Positions 1 to 8,765 are shown, counted from the first letter of the stretch. The stretch is DNA of 54,526 nt from Chloroflexota bacterium (GCA_029240655.1 JARDZW010000001.1:1-54526), one strand, 5' to 3'. Numbers and translations: made by a program. Notes: generated from the sequence alone by a model not told the origin.

Positions 1-1
1 G

Positions 2-757
2 CTGCTCCGGCTCAAGCCGAAGCTCGTCGCGTTCACGCACGTCAGCAATACGCTCGGCACGATCAACCCGGTCCGCGAGCTGACCGAGATGGCGCACGCC
101 GCGGGGGCGCTGGTCCTCGTGGATGGGGCACAGGCCGTGCCGCACGTGCCGGTCGACGTCCAGGAGATCGGCTGCGACTTCTACGCGTTCTCCGGCCACA
201 AGATGCTCGGACCCATGGGTTCCGGAGCGCTGTGGGCGCGACGCGAGCTGCTCGAGGCGATGCCACCGTTCCTCGCCGGTGGCGAGATGATCCGCGAGGT
301 CCATCTGCGCCGGAGCGAGTTCAACGAGATCCCCTGGAAGTTCGAGGCGGGGACCCCGGCCGTCGGCGATGCCATCGGACTCGGCGTGGCCGCGGAATAC
401 CTCATGGACCTCGGGATGGACGCGGTCCGGGCGCACGAGCGCGAGCTCGTGACCTACGCGCTCGACGTCCTCCCTCGGCAGATCTCCGACATCGAGCTGT
501 ACGGCCCGCTGGACCCCGACCTGCGGGGCGGCGTCGTCCCGTTCAACCTGCCCGGCGTCCACCCGCACGACGTGGCCCAGGTGCTGGACCGTTCCGGCAT
601 CGCGGTCCGGGCCGGCCACCACTGCACGATGCCGCTCCACGAGCGCCTCGACCTGGCGGCGACCGCACGCGCGTCATTCAGCGTCTACACGACGAAGAGC
701 GACATCGACGCCCTGGTCACGGGCCTCAAGGAAGTCCAGCGCGTGTTCAACGGCTGA
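2..757 (+). CDS. sufS: Cysteine desulfurase, SufS family (C-terminal ~250 aa; 5' end lies upstream of the window)
   Basis: The frame is open from base 2 to TGA 755-757. The translation has the PLP-lysine motif 'FSGHKMLGP' and the active-site Cys loop 'RAGHHCTMPLH', typical of group II (SufS) desulfurases. sufU lies 1.6 kb downstream. Confidence 0.88.
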   Translation: MLRLKPKLVAFTHVSNTLGTINPVRELTEMAHAAGALVLVDGAQAVPHVPVDVQEIGCDFYAFSGHKMLGPMGSGALWARRELLEAMPPFLAGGEMIREVHLRRSEFNEIPWKFEAGTPAVGDAIGLGVAAEYLMDLGMDAVRAHERELVTYALDVLPRQISDIELYGPLDPDLRGGVVPFNLPGVHPHDVAQVLDRSGIAVRAGHHCTMPLHERLDLAATARASFSVYTTKSDIDALVTGLKEVQRVFNG

Positions 758-928
758 CGGGCTGCGCTGCGGCTCGCGGGGCGGCAAGATCGACATCCCG
801 AGACGCTTACGGCCGGTGTCGCCGCGATTCCTGGCAAAACCGACGTGGCCAGACGGTTGTGTCGCGTTTCGCGCTCGATCCGGCCATTTCGGGCCACGCG
901 ACCTGCCATAACCGTCCCCGGATGACGA

Positions 929-969
929 TCTGGCCAACCGGTACCTCTGGCCAACCGGTGCCTCTGGCC
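929..969. repeat. Tandem direct repeat, 17-bp unit, 2.4 copies (TCTGGCCAACCGGT[A/G]CC)
   Basis: Read directly: unit 1 at 929-945, unit 2 at 946-962 (one A/G difference), partial unit at 963-969. It lies in the convergent intergenic region between sufS and the 1007..2197 gene. Confidence 0.8.
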
Positions 970-1006
970 GCTGCCCGCTCAGCCCGGGGCCATCAAGCGC
1001 CCGCGC

Positions 1007-2197
1007 TCAGCCCGGGGCGAGCGACCGCCACAGGTCCAGCGCCCATTGCCAGTCGGTCGGGTCGTCGAAGACGATGCGGATCGCGGCGCCAGAGCCGTTG
1101 ACCGCCGAGTAGCCGTCGAGCACGCCCACGGCCACCCCGGACGACTCGTCGCTGTGGATCCGGGCCCGGCCCACGACCGCGCCGGCCTGATGTGTGAGCG
1201 CCTCGGCCCCGAGATCGCCGGCGACCTGGGCCAGGAAGGCCTGCGCGGCCATCGACCCCGTGTCGGTCGCGGCCAGGGTGACGCTTCGCCCGGCGCCGCC
1301 GCCCCACCACTCCTCCTCGGTCCGGCGCTCGGCGAATTCACCTGGGATCTCCAGCGCCCAGCCTTCGTGGCTGATCGACACCGGATCTCGCCGGTAGCCG
1401 ATCGGCGTCTCGGGCGGTTCGATCTTCGTGCGGGAATGCACCTGCCGGGTCATCCCGTCCTCGAATCCCGCGAACGAGATGAGCTCCGCCCATGCGTGCC
1501 ACGGGTACGGCAAGCCGGGCTCGAGCGGGAAGGACTTCGACAACAGGCGATGGACATCCTCGAGGCACTGCGCCTCGCCCTCGACAGCCGGCTTGCGCCA
1601 GCGCACCTCGAGCCACATCAACGCCAGCGCCCGATTCAGCAGATATCGCCCGTCGGTCGCGTCCAGCCACCACGGCGTGATCTCGATCGCGACCCGCGGA
1701 TCGGCGACGGCGGACTCCAGCCACGCGTCGTCGCGAGGGCCCAGGGACGTGGCGATCGCGCCCTCGAACGTGTAGCGCGTGCCCGGTGGCGTCCCCACCT
1801 GGACGCCGGCACTGCTCCGCTGGCGCGCATGGCGCACCGCCGCCAGGGTCGGGCCGAGCCAGCCGAGGTAGGCGCGTTCGACGTCCGGACGTTCCGCGAA
1901 CGTGATCCCCGCGGTGGCTTCGTCCCAGGCGATGGAGAGCTCCCGGCCAAGGCGCTCCAGGACGCGCCCGACGAATCGGTGGTAGCCGGGTCCGCCGGCA
2001 ACCGTCTCCGCGACGGCACGGACGTTGCCGGAATCGCCGGCCGAGAGGTACAGCGCGGGCGTCGCCGGGTGCAGCCCGACGTGCAGTTCTGCCTCGCCCG
2101 ATGGGTTCGTCCGCTGACGAGTCGACCGAACCTGGTCGGGGTACTCCGCCCGCAGCCACGCCGCGGCGTCCGCGAGCAGGCGCTCGCCGTCGGGCAT
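1007..2197 (-). CDS. Hypothetical cytoplasmic protein (~396 aa), no family recognised
   Basis: Track ORF 1007..2500. Its first 101 codons are Arg/Ser-rich low complexity running through the sufU upstream region, so I place the start at ATG 2197 (MPDGERLL...). GC3 is high in this frame; there are no TM segments and no motif I can name. Confidence 0.55.
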   Translation of the reverse strand: MPDGERLLADAAAWLRAEYPDQVRSTRQRTNPSGEAELHVGLHPATPALYLSAGDSGNVRAVAETVAGGPGYHRFVGRVLERLGRELSIAWDEATAGITFAERPDVERAYLGWLGPTLAAVRHARQRSSAGVQVGTPPGTRYTFEGAIATSLGPRDDAWLESAVADPRVAIEITPWWLDATDGRYLLNRALALMWLEVRWRKPAVEGEAQCLEDVHRLLSKSFPLEPGLPYPWHAWAELISFAGFEDGMTRQVHSRTKIEPPETPIGYRRDPVSISHEGWALEIPGEFAERRTEEEWWGGGAGRSVTLAATDTGSMAAQAFLAQVAGDLGAEALTHQAGAVVGRARIHSDESSGVAVGVLDGYSAVNGSGAAIRIVFDDPTDWQWALDLWRSLAPG

Positions 2198-2400
2198 CCG
2201 CGGGATGAGCCCACGCTTGGATGCCTGACCTTCGAGCCGGATCTCGAGTGTCGAGAGAAGGATGCTGACCACCGAGCTCCGACGATACCCGCAGGTGGCT
2301 GGTGCAGGCGCCAGCGGTTGGTACCGCACGAGCACGACAGGAGTACCGAACGAGCGTGGGATCAATCCTGACCCCGCTGGTCGGGATTGCCGTCTCGCGC

Positions 2401-2406
2401 TACACT
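2401..2406 (+). promoter_or_regulatory. -10-like hexamer TACACT upstream of sufU
   Basis: The same 'CTACACTCGG' string occurs upstream of purK (12011) and of the 17564 gene. Here it sits 3 nt before ATG 2410 and 9 nt before ATG 2416, so the start could be either. Confidence 0.35.
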
Positions 2407-2409
2407 CGG

Positions 2410-2847
2410 ATGAGCATGGACGACCTCTACCGCGACTACATCCTCGAGCACTACCGGCGGCCCCACAACTTCGGGATCGTCGAGGACGCCGACGCCTCAT
2501 ACGAAGGCGCCAACCCGCTGTGTGGCGACCGGATCACGCTGATGCTCGGCGTGAAGGACGGGATCGTGGATCGCGTCGGCTTCACCGGGCGTGGCTGCGC
2601 GATCAGTCAGGCCAGCGCGAGCCTCCTGACCGACGAGATCAAGGGCAAGCCACTGACGGAGGTCGCATCGATCCGCGCGGACGACCTGCTCGACCTCCTG
2701 GGGATCGACATCAGCCCGGCCCGCCTCAAGTGCGCGATGTTGAGCCACGAGAGCCTGCAGCACGTGTTGGGCGATCTCGGCGCCGCGGATCCCGGGAACA
2801 CGAGCGACCCGGCGAGCGCGCCCGCGCCCGAGCGAGCGGGGGCATGA
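2410..2847 (+). CDS. sufU: SufU-type Fe-S cluster assembly sulfur-transfer/scaffold protein
   Basis: Internal start of track ORF 2302..2847 (MSMDDLYRDYILEHYRRPHNFG). Three conserved Cys motifs are present: 'NPLCGD', 'GRGCAISQASAS' and 'RLKCAML'. Length is about 145 aa. ATG 2416 is an alternative start. Confidence 0.85.
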   Translation: MSMDDLYRDYILEHYRRPHNFGIVEDADASYEGANPLCGDRITLMLGVKDGIVDRVGFTGRGCAISQASASLLTDEIKGKPLTEVASIRADDLLDLLGIDISPARLKCAMLSHESLQHVLGDLGAADPGNTSDPASAPAPERAGA

Positions 2848-3002
2848 CCAGGATCGAGCGCCGCTGCAGGTGTAGCGAGCCGGCCTGACCGCCGGCGGCC
2901 GCGCCCGGCCAACCTCGCCCCGTCCGACTCTCCCTGACCGCCCATCCCGCCCTGGCCGCCACGAACGAGCCAGCCTGTCGACCATCGGAGTCCCGATCAA
3001 CC

Positions 3003-4229
3003 ATGCCGAAGTCCTACGCCGATCTCCTTCGGGAGGCTCGCGCCCAGATCGCTGAAGTCACGCCCCAGGAGGTGGCCGACCTCCCCGCGGGCGCGGCCAC
3101 GATCGTCGACGTCCGCGAGGCGTCCGAATGGGAGCAGGGCTACATCCCGGGTGCCCAGCACATCTCCAAGTCCTACATCGAGCAGCAGATCGAGGCCGCC
3201 GCGCCGGACCGCGACGCCCCGGTGATCCTCTATTGCGCGGGCGGCGTCCGGTCGCTCTTCGCGGCCCAGACCCTCGCCGACATGGGCTACACCGATGTGA
3301 AGTCGATGAAGACCGGCTTCGGGGGCTGGAAGAGCGCGGGCCTCGACTTCGAGACGCCCGTCGTCCTGTCCGCGGAGCAGAAGCAGCGCTACAGCCGCCA
3401 CTTGCTGATCCCGGAAGTCGGTTCAGCGGGCCAGGCGAAGCTCCTCGCGTCCAAGGCGCTGCTGATCGGCGCAGGTGGGCTCGGTTCCCCGGCCGCCCTG
3501 TACCTCGCGGCGGCGGGCGTCGGCACCATCGGGCTCGTCGACTTCGACGTCGTCGATCTCAGCAACCTCCAGCGGCAGATCGTCCACACGACCGAGCGGA
3601 TCGGCGACCGCAAGGTCGAGTCCGCGCGCATCGCGATCAATGCCCTGAACCCGGACGTGAAGGTCATCGAGCACGAAGAGATGCTCGTCGCCACGAACGT
3701 CGAGCGGATCATCGACGGCTACGACGTCATCCTCGATGGCACGGACACGTTCGAGACCCGCTACATCCTCAACGACGCGGCGGTCGCGGCCGGCATCCCG
3801 GTCATCCACGCCAGCGTCTTCCGGTTCGAGGGGCAGCTCACCACGTTCGTCCCCTTCGAGGGTCCGTGCTATCGCTGCCTGTATCCGACCCCGCCGCCGC
3901 CCGAGCTCGCGCCCGGCTGCTCCGTGGCCGGGGTCCTTGGCGTCGTGCCGGGCATCTTCGGCCTCCTCCAGACGAACGAAGCGCTCAAGGTCCTGCTGGG
4001 GATCGGCACGACGCTGGCCGGCCGCCTCGTCCTGTTCGATGCGCTCGAGACCGAGTTCACGGAGCTGCAGCTGCGGCGTGACCCGAACTGCCCGGTCTGC
4101 TCCGACGCGGCCGTCGAGGCTCGCAAGGCCGGTCGTCCCTTGGCCACGGCCGGTGTGGGCGAGGATGCTCCGTTCCTGATGACGACGACCGGTCTCGCCG
4201 GCACGATCTCGCCCGAGGCCCGCGGGTGA
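3003..4229 (+). CDS. Rhodanese-MoeB/ThiF fusion: E1-like adenylyltransferase/sulfurtransferase (MoeZ-like, but with the rhodanese domain N-terminal)
   Basis: The N-terminal ~120 aa form a rhodanese domain with the active-site loop 'LYCAGGVRS'. The MoeB/ThiF domain follows, with the nucleotide loop 'GAGGLGS' and two CxxC pairs ('CYRC', 'CPVC'). Its stop overlaps the cysO start (GTGA at 4226-4229). Confidence 0.85.
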   Translation: MPKSYADLLREARAQIAEVTPQEVADLPAGAATIVDVREASEWEQGYIPGAQHISKSYIEQQIEAAAPDRDAPVILYCAGGVRSLFAAQTLADMGYTDVKSMKTGFGGWKSAGLDFETPVVLSAEQKQRYSRHLLIPEVGSAGQAKLLASKALLIGAGGLGSPAALYLAAAGVGTIGLVDFDVVDLSNLQRQIVHTTERIGDRKVESARIAINALNPDVKVIEHEEMLVATNVERIIDGYDVILDGTDTFETRYILNDAAVAAGIPVIHASVFRFEGQLTTFVPFEGPCYRCLYPTPPPPELAPGCSVAGVLGVVPGIFGLLQTNEALKVLLGIGTTLAGRLVLFDALETEFTELQLRRDPNCPVCSDAAVEARKAGRPLATAGVGEDAPFLMTTTGLAGTISPEARG

Positions 4230-4498
4230 GCACGGTCTTCATCCCGTCCGTGCTGCGGGCGAACGTCGGCGGCGTCAAGTCGCTCGAGATCGGGGGCGAC
4301 TCGATCCGCGGCGTCGTCGACGCGCTCGTGGCGCAGCATCCGGCGCTCAAGACGCAGTTGCTGACCGACGATGGCGAGCTGAACCGGTTCGTCAACGTCT
4401 ACGTCAACGGCCAGGACGTGCGCTATCTCGCGGGCCTCGACACGCCGGTCGCCCCGGCCGACGAGGTGCGCTTGCTGCCGGCGATGGCTGGCGGTTGA
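4226..4498 (+). CDS. cysO: ThiS/MoaD-family sulfur carrier protein ending in Gly-Gly (CysO)
   Basis: 90 aa with the C-terminus '...LLPAMAGG*'. It is sandwiched between, and overlaps, the E1-like gene and cysM, which is the context of the CysO/CysM/Mec pathway known from M. tuberculosis. Confidence 0.85.
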   Translation: MSTVFIPSVLRANVGGVKSLEIGGDSIRGVVDALVAQHPALKTQLLTDDGELNRFVNVYVNGQDVRYLAGLDTPVAPADEVRLLPAMAGG

Positions 4499-5511
4499 CC
4501 GTGGCCATCCCGTGGCGGCTCGACGCCGATCACGACCACACGCACGCGCACGAGGGGCTGGCTCGCCACGGCGGGCGGTACGCGGACATCCTCGACGCCA
4601 TCGGGCACACGCCCCTCGTCGAGATCCCACGCATGAGTCCCAACCCGAACGTCCGCATCTTCGCGAAGCTCGAGATGCTCAATCCGACGGGCTCGGTCAA
4701 GGATCGGGTCGCGAAGTACCTGATCGAGGACCTCGAACGGCGCGGTCTGCTCAACGAGGACTCGATCATCCTCGAGCCCACGTCGGGCAACACCGGCATC
4801 GCGCTCGCGATGATCGGCCGGCGCAAGGGCTACCGCGTCGCGCTCGTGATGCCCGACAACGTCACGAACGAGCGTCGCCAGATGGCCGCGCTGTTCGGCG
4901 CCGAGGTCATCGACTCGCCCGGCGCGCAGGGCTCCAACGGCGCGATCGCGCTGGCCAAGCACCTCGTCGGCAAGGACGAGCGGTTCGTGATGCCCTACCA
5001 GTACGGCAACGAGGCGAATCCCCTGGCCCACTACGAGACGACGGGGCCGGAGGTCCTGGCCGATTGCCCGGAGATCGACGTCTTCGTGGCGGGTCTCGGG
5101 ACCGGCGGGACGCTGATGGGCGTGTCGCGCTACCTGCGAGAACACAAGCCGGGCGTGCGGATCGTCGCGGCCGAGCCGCTGCCGGGCGAGAAGGTGCAGG
5201 GGCTGCGCTCGCTCGATGAGGGCTTCATCCCCGAGATCCTCGATCCCGACCTGATCGACGCGAAGTACCTCGTCTCGAACCGCGACGCGATCGCGGCGCT
5301 GCGCGAGCTGGTGTTTCGGGAGGGGATCTTCGCGGGACCGTCGTGCGGAGCCGTCCTGGTCGCAGCCGCCCGCGAAGCGGAGTCGATGGACGGCGGGACG
5401 ATCGTCGCGGTCCTTCCCGACGGCGGCTGGAAGTACCTGTCGGCGGGCACGTTCACGACGGACTTCGACGAAATGGAGGATGCCCTCGAGGGTGGCGTCA
5501 ACTGGTGGTGA
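4495..5511 (+). CDS. cysM: Cysteine synthase B-type PLP enzyme (CysM, CysO-thiocarboxylate dependent)
   Basis: PLP-lysine motif 'NPTGSVKDR' and 'EPTSGNTGIALA'. TTG 4495 overlaps the cysO stop; GTG 4501 is an alternative start. Confidence 0.88.
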   Translation: MTVAIPWRLDADHDHTHAHEGLARHGGRYADILDAIGHTPLVEIPRMSPNPNVRIFAKLEMLNPTGSVKDRVAKYLIEDLERRGLLNEDSIILEPTSGNTGIALAMIGRRKGYRVALVMPDNVTNERRQMAALFGAEVIDSPGAQGSNGAIALAKHLVGKDERFVMPYQYGNEANPLAHYETTGPEVLADCPEIDVFVAGLGTGGTLMGVSRYLREHKPGVRIVAAEPLPGEKVQGLRSLDEGFIPEILDPDLIDAKYLVSNRDAIAALRELVFREGIFAGPSCGAVLVAAAREAESMDGGTIVAVLPDGGWKYLSAGTFTTDFDEMEDALEGGVNWW

Positions 5512-5972
5512 ACGCGCACCATCCGGGACCGGTCACGGCGTCGCTGCCGGCGGACTTGCTGCAGGCGATGATCGACGACGCCCGCGGCGCGTACCCGAAT
5601 GAGTCGTGCGGGCTGATCCTGGGGGACACGCCGGCCGCGGACGGCGGGCGGGCGTTGCGCTTCGAGGCGACGCGCAACGCGGCCGAGTCGCCGTATCGGT
5701 ACGAGATCCATCCCGACGACCTGTACCGGCTGTCCGTCGCGGCTGACGAGGCCGACGAGGTGTTCTGGGGCATCGTGCACTCCCATACGCATACCCAGGC
5801 GGTGCCGTCGCCGACGGACATCGGGCTGGCGCTGTACCCGGACGCGCTCTACCTGCTCGTGTCGCTCAGCGACGACGACGCCCACCCGATGACGGGCACG
5901 CCGAGCGTTCGCGCGTGGCGCATCGTCGACGGGGTCACGCACGAGGTCGTGCTCGAGATCGTCGCGGGATGA
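5505..5972 (+). CDS. mec: JAMM/MPN+ metalloprotease (Mec, CysO-cysteine hydrolase)
   Basis: Internal start of track ORF 5343..5972. GTG 5505 (or 5508) overlaps the cysM stop at 5509-5511. The JAMM motif is intact: 'NESCG' Glu followed by 'HSHTHTQAVPSPTD' (HxHx7Sx2D). Confidence 0.85.
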   Translation: MVNAHHPGPVTASLPADLLQAMIDDARGAYPNESCGLILGDTPAADGGRALRFEATRNAAESPYRYEIHPDDLYRLSVAADEADEVFWGIVHSHTHTQAVPSPTDIGLALYPDALYLLVSLSDDDAHPMTGTPSVRAWRIVDGVTHEVVLEIVAG

Positions 5973-5982
5973 GCGACCCGGG

Positions 5983-6384
5983 ATGAGCGGAGCGGCCGCC
6001 GACCGCCCGCGGCTCGGTGCGGTGGTGGCGCTCGCGCTGGGCGCGCTCGCCGTCGTCGGCGCGACGGTCGTGGGCTGGAACGAGGGCCTGCTCGATGCCC
6101 TGGTCACGCCCCCGCCACTGCTGCGGGCGGCGCTCGTGGGCGGTTCCGTGGCGCTCGGGTTCGTGCTGCTGGCGCGATCCATGGCGCAACTGGCGGAAGG
6201 CTCGGAGCGGGACGTCCCGCGGCTCATCCGGGCGGTCCGCCTCGCGTTCCTTGCCGTGGCCGCCTTCACGGCCGCCGCCGGCTGGGCCATCGGGCATCCG
6301 CTGCCCCTCATCATCGCGGCGGTCATCGCCGGGATCGACGTCATCGAGACGTCGTTCCTGCTCCTCGTCGTCGGGCGGCGCTGA
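5983..6384 (+). CDS. Small hypothetical membrane protein (133 aa, about 4 hydrophobic segments)
   Basis: ATG 5983 lies 11 nt after the mec stop. GC3 is very high and four hydrophobic stretches are present. The long antisense ORF 5130..6554 is Arg/Ser/Pro-rich and judged a shadow. Confidence 0.6.
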   Translation: MSGAAADRPRLGAVVALALGALAVVGATVVGWNEGLLDALVTPPPLLRAALVGGSVALGFVLLARSMAQLAEGSERDVPRLIRAVRLAFLAVAAFTAAAGWAIGHPLPLIIAAVIAGIDVIETSFLLLVVGRR

Positions 6385-6396
6385 CCCGCCGTACGG

Positions 6397-7206
6397 TCAG
6401 CCCCGTGCGGCGAGGGCCTCGACGAGCGCGGTCTCGGTCGGGGTCGAGCCCAGGGCGAGTCGCGCCCCGACGCGGGCCGCGTACGGCGGCTCGAGATACG
6501 ACGAGGCAAGGACCGGCCAAGCCGGTTCGGCGAACACCTCGGCGGGGGGACCATCGAGCAGGATCCGGCCGCCGCCCATGACCACGATGCGCGAGAACGA
6601 CCCGGCGACGAAGCGCATGTCGTGGCTGATCGCGATCACCGTGCGGCCATCGGCGACAAGACCCGCGAGGACCTGCTGGACACGCGCGACGCCGCGGGCA
6701 TCCTGGCCGGTCGTCGGCTCGTCCAGCACGACGACCGGGGTACCCATCGCGAGCACGGATGCGATGGTGAGCAGCTTCCGCCGCGAGTAGCCCAGGTCAT
6801 ACGGGTTTGCGTCGGCCGCGTCGGACAAGCCGACCGCGGCCAGGGCATCGCGGGTCGCCGCCTCGATGTCGGTGGCGCTTCGACCGAGGGTCTTGGGGCC
6901 GAAGGCGACCTCGGTTCGAACCTTGCCCGCGAAGATCTGGCGGTCCGGGTTCTGGAAGACGATCCCGACCCGCGCCGCAAGCGCCGCGGTCCGGACATCG
7001 GCCACGTCCTCGCCGTCGTGCAGGATGCGGCCATCGGTCGGTCGCAGCAGCCCGTTGAAATGGCGAACGAGCGTGGACTTGCCGCTCCCGTTCTGGCCGA
7101 CGATCGCGACCGACTCGCCCGCCCCGATGGTGAGGTCCACGCCGTCGAGCGCGCGCGTGCCATCGGGATACACGAACCCGACGCCCTCGAGATCCAGGCG
7201 CGTCAT
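6397..7206 (-). CDS. ECF/ABC transporter ATPase subunit (EcfA'-like) with a degenerate signature motif
   Basis: Walker A 'GQNGSGKST', Walker B 'VVVLDEPT' and H-loop 'ISHD' are present. 'LGYSR' stands where LSGGQ is expected. Its start overlaps the stop of the upstream ATPase (ATGA, 7203-7206). Confidence 0.85.
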   Translation of the reverse strand: MTRLDLEGVGFVYPDGTRALDGVDLTIGAGESVAIVGQNGSGKSTLVRHFNGLLRPTDGRILHDGEDVADVRTAALAARVGIVFQNPDRQIFAGKVRTEVAFGPKTLGRSATDIEAATRDALAAVGLSDAADANPYDLGYSRRKLLTIASVLAMGTPVVVLDEPTTGQDARGVARVQQVLAGLVADGRTVIAISHDMRFVAGSFSRIVVMGGGRILLDGPPAEVFAEPAWPVLASSYLEPPYAARVGARLALGSTPTETALVEALAARG

Positions 7207-8003
7207 GCCAGCACCGCTGCGGGATCGAGGCCACGCGACACGAGCGCGCTCGCGACCCGGACGCGGCTCGGCAGGTCGACGCCGAGTGCGACGAGCCGCT
7301 CGTCCTCGAGGACGGTTCCCGCCGGCCCATCAAAGGCGATACGCCCGTCATCCAACGCGATGACCCGGTGGCAGAGGTCGTCCAGGAGATCGGTCTTGTG
7401 CTCCGCGATGAGCATGGCCGTGCCGCTCGCGGCGAGCTTCCGCAGCGCCTCGCCGACCAGTCGCGTCCCCTCGGGATCCAGTTGGGCCGTCGGCTCGTCG
7501 AGCACGAGATGCGGCGGACGCATCGCCAGCAGCGATGCGATGACCACGAGCTGGCCCTGACCGCCCGACAGGCGGCGCGGCTCACGGTCCCAGAGTTCGT
7601 CGATGCCCAGGGTTGCGAGGGCAGCCTTCGTACGCTCGACGGTCTCCGGCTGCGTGAGTCCCAGGTTCATCGGCCCCAGAGCCACCTCCTCGAACACGGA
7701 GCCGGTGACGCCGGACAGCTGGGTCGCCGGGTTCTGAAACCCGATCCCGACCCTCGTCGAGAACTCGTGGAGCGGCTTGTCCGCCATCGCCTCGCCGTCG
7801 ATCGACAGGCCGCCGCCCGTCAGCGCGCCACCGATCGAACCTGGAGCCAGCCCCGAGGCCACCAGGCAGAGCGTCGACTTGCCGGACTCATTGGCACCGA
7901 CCACCCCGACGATCTCCCCGTCGGCGAGCCTCAGGTCGATGTCGTGGAGCACGGGCCTGGCGTAGCCCGCGTAGCGGTACGAGACCCCCGAGAGGACGAG
8001 CAT
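7203..8003 (-). CDS. ECF/ABC transporter ATPase subunit (EcfA-like)
   Basis: Walker A 'GANESGKST', canonical signature 'LSGGQGQ', Walker B 'HLVLDEPT'. Confidence 0.88.
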   Translation of the reverse strand: MLVLSGVSYRYAGYARPVLHDIDLRLADGEIVGVVGANESGKSTLCLVASGLAPGSIGGALTGGGLSIDGEAMADKPLHEFSTRVGIGFQNPATQLSGVTGSVFEEVALGPMNLGLTQPETVERTKAALATLGIDELWDREPRRLSGGQGQLVVIASLLAMRPPHLVLDEPTAQLDPEGTRLVGEALRKLAASGTAMLIAEHKTDLLDDLCHRVIALDDGRIAFDGPAGTVLEDERLVALGVDLPSRVRVASALVSRGLDPAAVLA

Positions 8004-8009
8004 GCGCCG

Positions 8010-8765
8010 TCAGATCCGGCCGGTCAGGCGCGCGACCGCCGCCCCGACGAGCAGGACGAACAGGACCCAGCGCAGCACCCGCTCCCAGCCCTCGTCGGGC
8101 ATCGCCCAGAGGAGATGACGGCGGCCCGGGCGGCTGAACGCCCGCGACTCGAGCGCGAGGCTGCGCTCCTCGACGTCGGTGAGCGACCCGATGATCACCG
8201 GGCCGACGATCGGCAGCAGGCCACGTACCCGGGTCAGGAAGCTTCCCTCGGTATCGAGTCCGCGGGCGCGCTGGCTCTCGCTGATCATGGTGGCCCGTTC
8301 CACGAGCGTCGGGACCGCCTCGATCGTGGCGACGGCGATGAACGCGGCCCGCGGTGGCACGCCCCGCCGTTCGAGGTCGAAGACGAACGCTCGCGGCTCG
8401 GTGGTCATGATGAAGAGCCCGATCGACAGCGAGATCGCGAACAGCCGGACGAGCGTCTGGAGCGCGAAGTCGACGCCCTCCGCGGTGGCGTCGAACGGTC
8501 CGATCTGGAAGAGGACGGTCGTGCCGGCACGGGTGAACACGCTGACGAGCACGACCGAGATGGCGATCGGGAGCGTGAGCAGCAGCGACACGCGCGCGAG
8601 GCGGGCCAGCACGCCCGCACGCCAGGCGAGCAGGAGCATGATCACCATGATCGCGATGGGTCCGACATACCCGCCGAGGACGAACGCGCCGATGGAGCCG
8701 ACCGTCGCGATGACCGCCTTCGTGAGCGGGTTGAGTCGGTGATACGGGCTGGGCGTTACCGGCAC
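8010..8765 (-). CDS. ecfT: ECF transporter transmembrane (T) component, CbiQ/EcfT family
   Basis: GTG start at 8765. A polytopic 251-aa protein whose C-terminal region carries the Arg-containing coupling helices typical of EcfT ('SESQRARG', 'ALESRAF'). It lies immediately upstream of the two ATPases. Confidence 0.8.
   Translation of the reverse strand: MPVTPSPYHRLNPLTKAVIATVGSIGAFVLGGYVGPIAIMVIMLLLAWRAGVLARLARVSLLLTLPIAISVVLVSVFTRAGTTVLFQIGPFDATAEGVDFALQTLVRLFAISLSIGLFIMTTEPRAFVFDLERRGVPPRAAFIAVATIEAVPTLVERATMISESQRARGLDTEGSFLTRVRGLLPIVGPVIIGSLTDVEERSLALESRAFSRPGRRHLLWAMPDEGWERVLRWVLFVLLVGAAVARLTGRI

Noticed and set aside
1395-1420. tRNA T-loop-like string (ggttcgatc)
   Set aside because: It lies inside the 1007..2197 CDS and no acceptor/anticodon stems can be drawn around it. 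No tRNA-like cloverleaf was seen anywhere in the window.
2848-3002. Possible SAM or other sulfur-metabolite riboswitch upstream of the cysteine operon
   Set aside because: No SAM-I/SAM-IV-like conserved core is recognisable. The region is just GC/Pro-codon-like sequence with a distant GGAG.
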